The translations under genes and the position numbers were made by a program. Under the pieces are notes generated by a model, which made no database searches, had not been told where the DNA came from, and saw only the letters and a program-made list of their open reading frames with translations. DNA of 64,000 nt from Amoebidium appalachense (taxonomy: Eukaryota > Protista > Ichthyosporea): positions 141,948 to 205,947 of the forward strand of contig CAVNZM010000004.1 in the NCBI GenBank assembly GCA_963693365.1, given 5' to 3'. Below, piece by piece: positions 59,902 through 64,000 of this stretch; within the stretch, counting starts at the first letter, position 1, and each line of letters starts with the position of its first letter.

Positions 59902-60678
59902 ATGGCTACCTACGACGAGTCATATGTCAGGGATAGGCTGGCCAAGCTCGAAGGTGGAACCATTGAGGTACGCACGCCCGCAGGACGGATCGACCTGCTG
60001 ACGGCCACGGAAGTCATCGAAGTCAAGCGCGCTTCTAAATGGAAATCCGCCGTTGGGCAGGTCCTGTGCTATCAAGCCTACTGTCCGAACCATCGACCTC
60101 GGGTACATCTGTTCGATATTGCGTCCCTAGATTGCTTGAAAGTGGCGATCGAAACGATGACGATTTTGGGAATTAGGGCCACAGTCGAATCGGACACGCT
60201 GCAAACGGTGTGGGCGCCTCTCCCCCAAACAGAGCCCAAGAGGCCACCGGAGCAAGAATCCCAAGATGTGAGCGAGGACGAGGTTGTCAGCTGGGACGAT
60301 GTCAATGGCGAACACGTGTGCACCCGGAAGTGCGTCTCAGAATTCCTGGATGAGCTGAGCAAAAATCCTGAATGGTTGCCCAAGGGCTGTCACATCACAT
60401 CCGGGTGCTACATATCTTCAGCTGGCCTTTTCAACCTATATAGTTTGTGGCTGCCAAGCCACTGCAATCAGAACGCCTCGCTCCCGATTCGAACTTTTGG
60501 CGTGTATGCCAGTTCTGTCCTCGGAAAGCAGAAATCGGTGCGCATGAAGCGAATCACTACATGGCCGGGACACCCACCCCGGAAATCCGATCGTTCATCG
60601 GTTATGAATTGCTACAAACTCCGATACACCCGTATGCAGCGCCACACCACAGAACCAGAAAGCCCGACCCAAACCTAG
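59902..60678 (+). CDS. PD-(D/E)XK nuclease fused to a D5-type C-terminal winged helix (paralog 2)
   Basis: The N-terminal ~100 aa are highly similar to paralog 1 (GRIDLLTATEVIEVKRASKWKSAVGQVLCY); the C-terminal wHTH is strongly diverged. Confidence 0.8.
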   Translation: MATYDESYVRDRLAKLEGGTIEVRTPAGRIDLLTATEVIEVKRASKWKSAVGQVLCYQAYCPNHRPRVHLFDIASLDCLKVAIETMTILGIRATVESDTLQTVWAPLPQTEPKRPPEQESQDVSEDEVVSWDDVNGEHVCTRKCVSEFLDELSKNPEWLPKGCHITSGCYISSAGLFNLYSLWLPSHCNQNASLPIRTFGVYASSVLGKQKSVRMKRITTWPGHPPRKSDRSSVMNCYKLRYTRMQRHTTEPESPTQT

Positions 60679-60822
60679 CGTGAGGCGCGTGAGGCACGCG
60701 AGGCACAGGAGGCACGCGTGGCACGTGCGCCACAGGAGCCCCCCACAGCCACCCCCGGCCACCCCCGGCCACCCCCAGCCACCCAGGCCCGGGTGGGTGG
60801 CAGATATGGACTGGACCCGGGT

Positions 60823-61698
60823 TTATTGGCGTGCCGCGGCGGCCCAGGCAGCAAACGCCGTGCGGCCATCCGCAAGCGCCCGCGCGACCTTCCCGGGGTC
60901 GACGTCCATGGGCGACGCAAACAGCCTCCGCTCTGGAGCGACCACCACGAGGCGATCTCCGAGGCGGGTGCGGAGGTTGGCGAACTCGGTGGCCGCTAGC
61001 TCGGTGCCCGCGTCACGCTGCAGAGCATAGCAGAGCTCCATGCCCGTTTTTGGCACGGATTCGGCGGGGCAGTGCGCCAGCGAGTCGCACAGCACCGTGA
61101 CGTAGATGCCGTCGAACCCGTCTGCGGCATCCTCGAGTGCCTTGGTGAGGGGCACCAGCTCGGAGACCCCGCCGTCCAGAAACACGGTGCCGCCGTACTC
61201 CACGGGGGGGACCGCGAGCGGAAGGGCCGAAGACGCGCGCATGCCGACCTGGTACTCGGGCCCCGTGAACCACCGCTCCTTCTTGTTGAGGAAGTCCCAG
61301 GCGACGCAGTGGCAGCGCGTGTAGATGTCCGCGTCGATGCCCTCCAGAAGCGCCGCCGCACGCTCCTGCAGGGTGAAGCGGCTGTACGCCGCCCCGTACA
61401 GCATTGACCCCACAACCGTCCTCCAGCTTTTCGGAAGCAGCGCCATTGCGCCACCCCACGGTTCCACGATGTCCTCCACGCACGTCAGCTTCCCCAGCTC
61501 GCGCGCCAGGTCGTCCAGGCGGTCGGCAACCACGAACGGCGCCACCAGCGCGCCGACGGACGTGCCGTACACCCTGTCGACCTCGTACAGCCCCGACGCG
61601 AGCATCCCCTGCATGAACCCGACTTGGAAGCAGCCCTTGACGCCGCCCCCGGGCAGCAGGATCCGCACACGTGTCCTGGCTTGGGAGGGTGTGTCCAT
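60823..61698 (-). CDS. Patatin-like phospholipase
   Basis: GGGVKG oxyanion loop, GTSVG nucleophile elbow, ASSALP and DGG catalytic Asp. Confidence 0.92.
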   Translation of the reverse strand: MDTPSQARTRVRILLPGGGVKGCFQVGFMQGMLASGLYEVDRVYGTSVGALVAPFVVADRLDDLARELGKLTCVEDIVEPWGGAMALLPKSWRTVVGSMLYGAAYSRFTLQERAAALLEGIDADIYTRCHCVAWDFLNKKERWFTGPEYQVGMRASSALPLAVPPVEYGGTVFLDGGVSELVPLTKALEDAADGFDGIYVTVLCDSLAHCPAESVPKTGMELCYALQRDAGTELAATEFANLRTRLGDRLVVVAPERRLFASPMDVDPGKVARALADGRTAFAAWAAAARQ

Positions 61699-61730
61699 GT
61701 TGGTGTAGGGCGCGATAAGAGTCGACGGCT

Positions 61731-62597
61731 TCATTCCAAATCCAGGGCGTTGCACACCGAGACCAGGTTTGCCCTTGCGCAGTCCAGCACGAAGGCCGCC
61801 AGCTCGGAGTAGTCGTGGGGGGGCGGCTGGCTCTGCGCGGCCAGCAGCAGCGAGTGGTAGCGCTCGCGGGACCTACGGTCTGTGTACAACGAGAGGGGAA
61901 CGGCAATATAGGGCGAGAGCAGCACGCTGACCAACAGGCGGGCCACGCGCCCGTTGCCGTTGCTGAACGGGTGGATGTAGAGGAACTCCCCGAGGAAACG
62001 GGCGGCGACCTGTATGGCACCGAGAACGTCATTGCAGCCTTGGAGTTCGGTGCGTGTCCTTTCGAACAGACGCTTGAGAGCCTCTTCGATCTTGAACGGT
62101 GCAAGGTACTGATGACTGCAGCCTGCGGGAAGCGCAAAGCGCACCCGATACCGTCCAGCGCTATCGAGCAGCCCGTCCATGACCTTGCGATGGACCTCCC
62201 TAGCGAGCTCCACCGTAAACGTGCCTGGATCAATCCCCTTCCAAACCCACGGTGTGGGGAACAGCTCGCGAACTGCTATAACGACGTTTTTCAGTTTCTT
62301 CGATGAGCGCGTGTGTTTGGACGTTTCATCGGGGCAGGAGATCAGCCTCTCAATATGTTCGACTGGGACCTTTTCGTTTATTTCCAATTCCATCAGGTGC
62401 TTGATGTATAACACTAGGTGGTGCGTTGTGTATCCCTGCATGAACAAAGCGCTGCTCTTATCGTTATCCAAAAACGTGCGCACCAGGTGGAGGCAGCGCA
62501 CAACAGCCCCTTCGCTGAGTTGAGACATCACGGTGTTGAACCGACAGATAAAGTACCACAAACTGTCAAAATCGACCTTTACGTCACACGGCAACAA
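61731..62597 (-). CDS. Fic/Doc-domain protein (start uncertain; first ATG at 62528)
   Basis: EVHRKVMDG..AGRYR; IHPFSNGNGRVARLL, a variant of HPFx(D/E)GNGRxxR. Confidence 0.9.
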   Translation of the reverse strand: MLPCDVKVDFDSLWYFICRFNTVMSQLSEGAVVRCLHLVRTFLDNDKSSALFMQGYTTHHLVLYIKHLMELEINEKVPVEHIERLISCPDETSKHTRSSKKLKNVVIAVRELFPTPWVWKGIDPGTFTVELAREVHRKVMDGLLDSAGRYRVRFALPAGCSHQYLAPFKIEEALKRLFERTRTELQGCNDVLGAIQVAARFLGEFLYIHPFSNGNGRVARLLVSVLLSPYIAVPLSLYTDRRSRERYHSLLLAAQSQPPPHDYSELAAFVLDCARANLVSVCNALDLE

Positions 62598-62997
62598 CCC
62601 GGCCCATATCCACCTGCGCGTTCACCACCCTGTTCTCCTGCCCACCGGCCCCTACCCAGTCCACCGATTTCTCCACAAACCAGAGAGAACACGGCAGTGC
62701 CCATGAACGTTTGGCCCGCATTTTGCTAGAGAACAGCATCGCCGGTCCCCCCCATGTCTCCCGGAACCCAAGAGAACACCATGGCATCCCCAACCATGTC
62801 TCCCGGATCCTTGGAGAACAGGTGCCGGGGGTGGACCCTGTTCGCCGATTGCTTTTTCCTAGGAGCGGGGCATGAGGGGCACGCGAGGCATGCACGGCCG
62901 GGGAGGCACGGTGGTCTCGCAGGCGGCACGGGGCGGGCGAGCCACGCATGCCCCCAGGCCCCCCAGTGGTGGCATTGTATAAAAGGAGCACACAGCA

Positions 62998-63122
62998 TGG
63001 TCAGCAAGGTCTGGCGTGACGAGATGGGGTGCGAGCCCGAGACCACGCAGATGGTGGTCAACGGGGATGTTCGCACGGTCAAGCTGTACCCTGTGAGCTT
63101 CCTGGAGAAGCACGTTGTGTAG
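62998..63122 (+). CDS. Small ORF (41 aa) or gene remnant
   Basis: Preceded by gtataaaaggagca, the same 14-mer that precedes the helicase gene; GC3-rich codons. Confidence 0.4.
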
Positions 63123-63341
63123 GCAACCTCCCATGGATTGAGCGCTGAGAGACGGGATTCTTTCAAACATGGAACACAGAGTGTACCTGAGCACACGCGT
63201 ACTTGATAAACGATGAAGGCAAAAGCCACCGACTGTGCATCCAAGTAGGTCTACAAGCATGTGGTGCACACCCAAACGCAATCCACGCAGACCCCTTGCT
63301 ACAAAGCTTTTTTTGTGTGTCTGTACACAAGTGCAGGAGCC

Positions 63342-63842
63342 ATGGACAAACGAAGGGCGAAGATCCACGAGCTGGCGGGACAAGAAGGGTGGCCTGACCC
63401 CGAAACCATTGCGCCTCTTGCGCGGGCGCTGCAGTCGGAAACCGGCAAACCCATGACGACACGAAGATGGAACGCCCTCCGGACCCGCACTCAGCGGTGG
63501 CTGGAATGGCAGAGCAAAATTATGCCGACTACAGTGGACATGTCTGAGCCCCACATGTGCGGATGGTGTGGCCTTGTTTTCAGGTGCCCCACGCAGACGG
63601 ACTGCGAGTGTCCAAATGCGCGGGTTGATGAAAGCGTTGAGATCTGCTGCAGCGAGGAATGCGAGGCCAAACTCGACAGGTGGAGCTGTGACCTGTCTGA
63701 ATGAGACCGACTTATGAGACTGGAGGGCGGAAAGAGCGAAGTGCAGACACCAGCAAGTCGTATCGATCTCCTGACGGACACGGAGGTCATTGAGGTAAAG
63801 CGGGTGCATGAGTGGAAGGGGGCCATGGGGTGTCAAGAGTAA
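63342..63842 (+). pseudogene. Zinc-finger + PD-(D/E)XK nuclease (paralog 3), with an in-frame stop at 63702-63704 and 3' truncation
   Basis: CGWC..CEC..CCSEEC, then LSE*DRLMRLEGGKSEVQTPASRIDLLTDTEVIEVKRVHEWKGAMG in the same frame; homology ends abruptly at 63830. Confidence 0.8.
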
Positions 63843-64000
63843 AAATCTTGAAGCACTGGCATTGCCTGCTCTTCGCAGGATCTGATTGGATCTTGAATTG
63901 GGTGTGATCCAATCCCCAGCAGCCAATCGTGCAGTCTGGTGATCTGGATCTGAAAGCATTCTCCCAATCAAACGCGTGACTGTCATTCCAAGCATTGTTT
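63831..64000. mobile_element. Probable start of an inserted LTR or other TE
   Basis: Begins TGTCAAGA exactly where nuclease homology breaks (the expected GQ..Y motif is missing), and composition changes. The other end lies outside the window. Confidence 0.4.

Larger units (their letters stand above)
50185..63830. mobile_element. Endogenous virus-like / self-replicating DNA element (Polinton-like-virus or NCLDV-type gene content); boundaries uncertain
   Basis: Abrupt loss of introns, poly-C tracts and CA repeats. Dense single-exon ORFs, several with TATAAAA upstream. Contains an SF3 helicase, PD-(D/E)XK nucleases, patatin and Fic. Shared GC-rich spacer motifs run from 50330 to 62975. No capsid, packaging ATPase, pPolB or integrase is visible in the window. 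Confidence 0.75.

Noticed and set aside
61013-62233. 406-aa minus-strand ORF overlapping patatin and Fic
   Set aside because: An alternate-frame artefact of GC-rich coding DNA; the motif-bearing frames are the other two.

Overview
Eukaryotic genomic window. Introns are full of poly-C/poly-G and (CA)n tracts, and the gene content (beta-PIX, an ADAMTS-type metalloprotease, Rab6) points to a unicellular holozoan such as an ichthyosporean; this taxonomy is inference. Bases 1-49 kb hold six host genes: an N-myristoylated unknown, an intronless SNAP-25-family SNARE, an ADAMTS-like membrane metalloprotease, a PIX-type RhoGEF, a UBZ-containing BIRC6-like E2, and Rab6. From about 50.2 kb to 63.8 kb there is an intronless, gene-dense, virus-like island with an SF3/D5-like helicase, three PD-(D/E)XK nuclease paralogs, a patatin, a Fic protein and ORFans. 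No capsid or polymerase gene is visible, and a probable LTR cuts the island at its right end. Two candidate novel systems stand out. (1) Nucleases fused to diverged copies of the helicase's own C-terminal winged-helix domain, in an island with four origin-like inverted 9-bp iteron modules, each with a different motif. (2) A ~155-nt pseudoknotted RNA motif with covariation support, repeated sense-strand in introns of two unrelated host genes, next to a second ~310-nt multibranch RNA-like fold. All homology calls are by eye from motifs; no searches were run.
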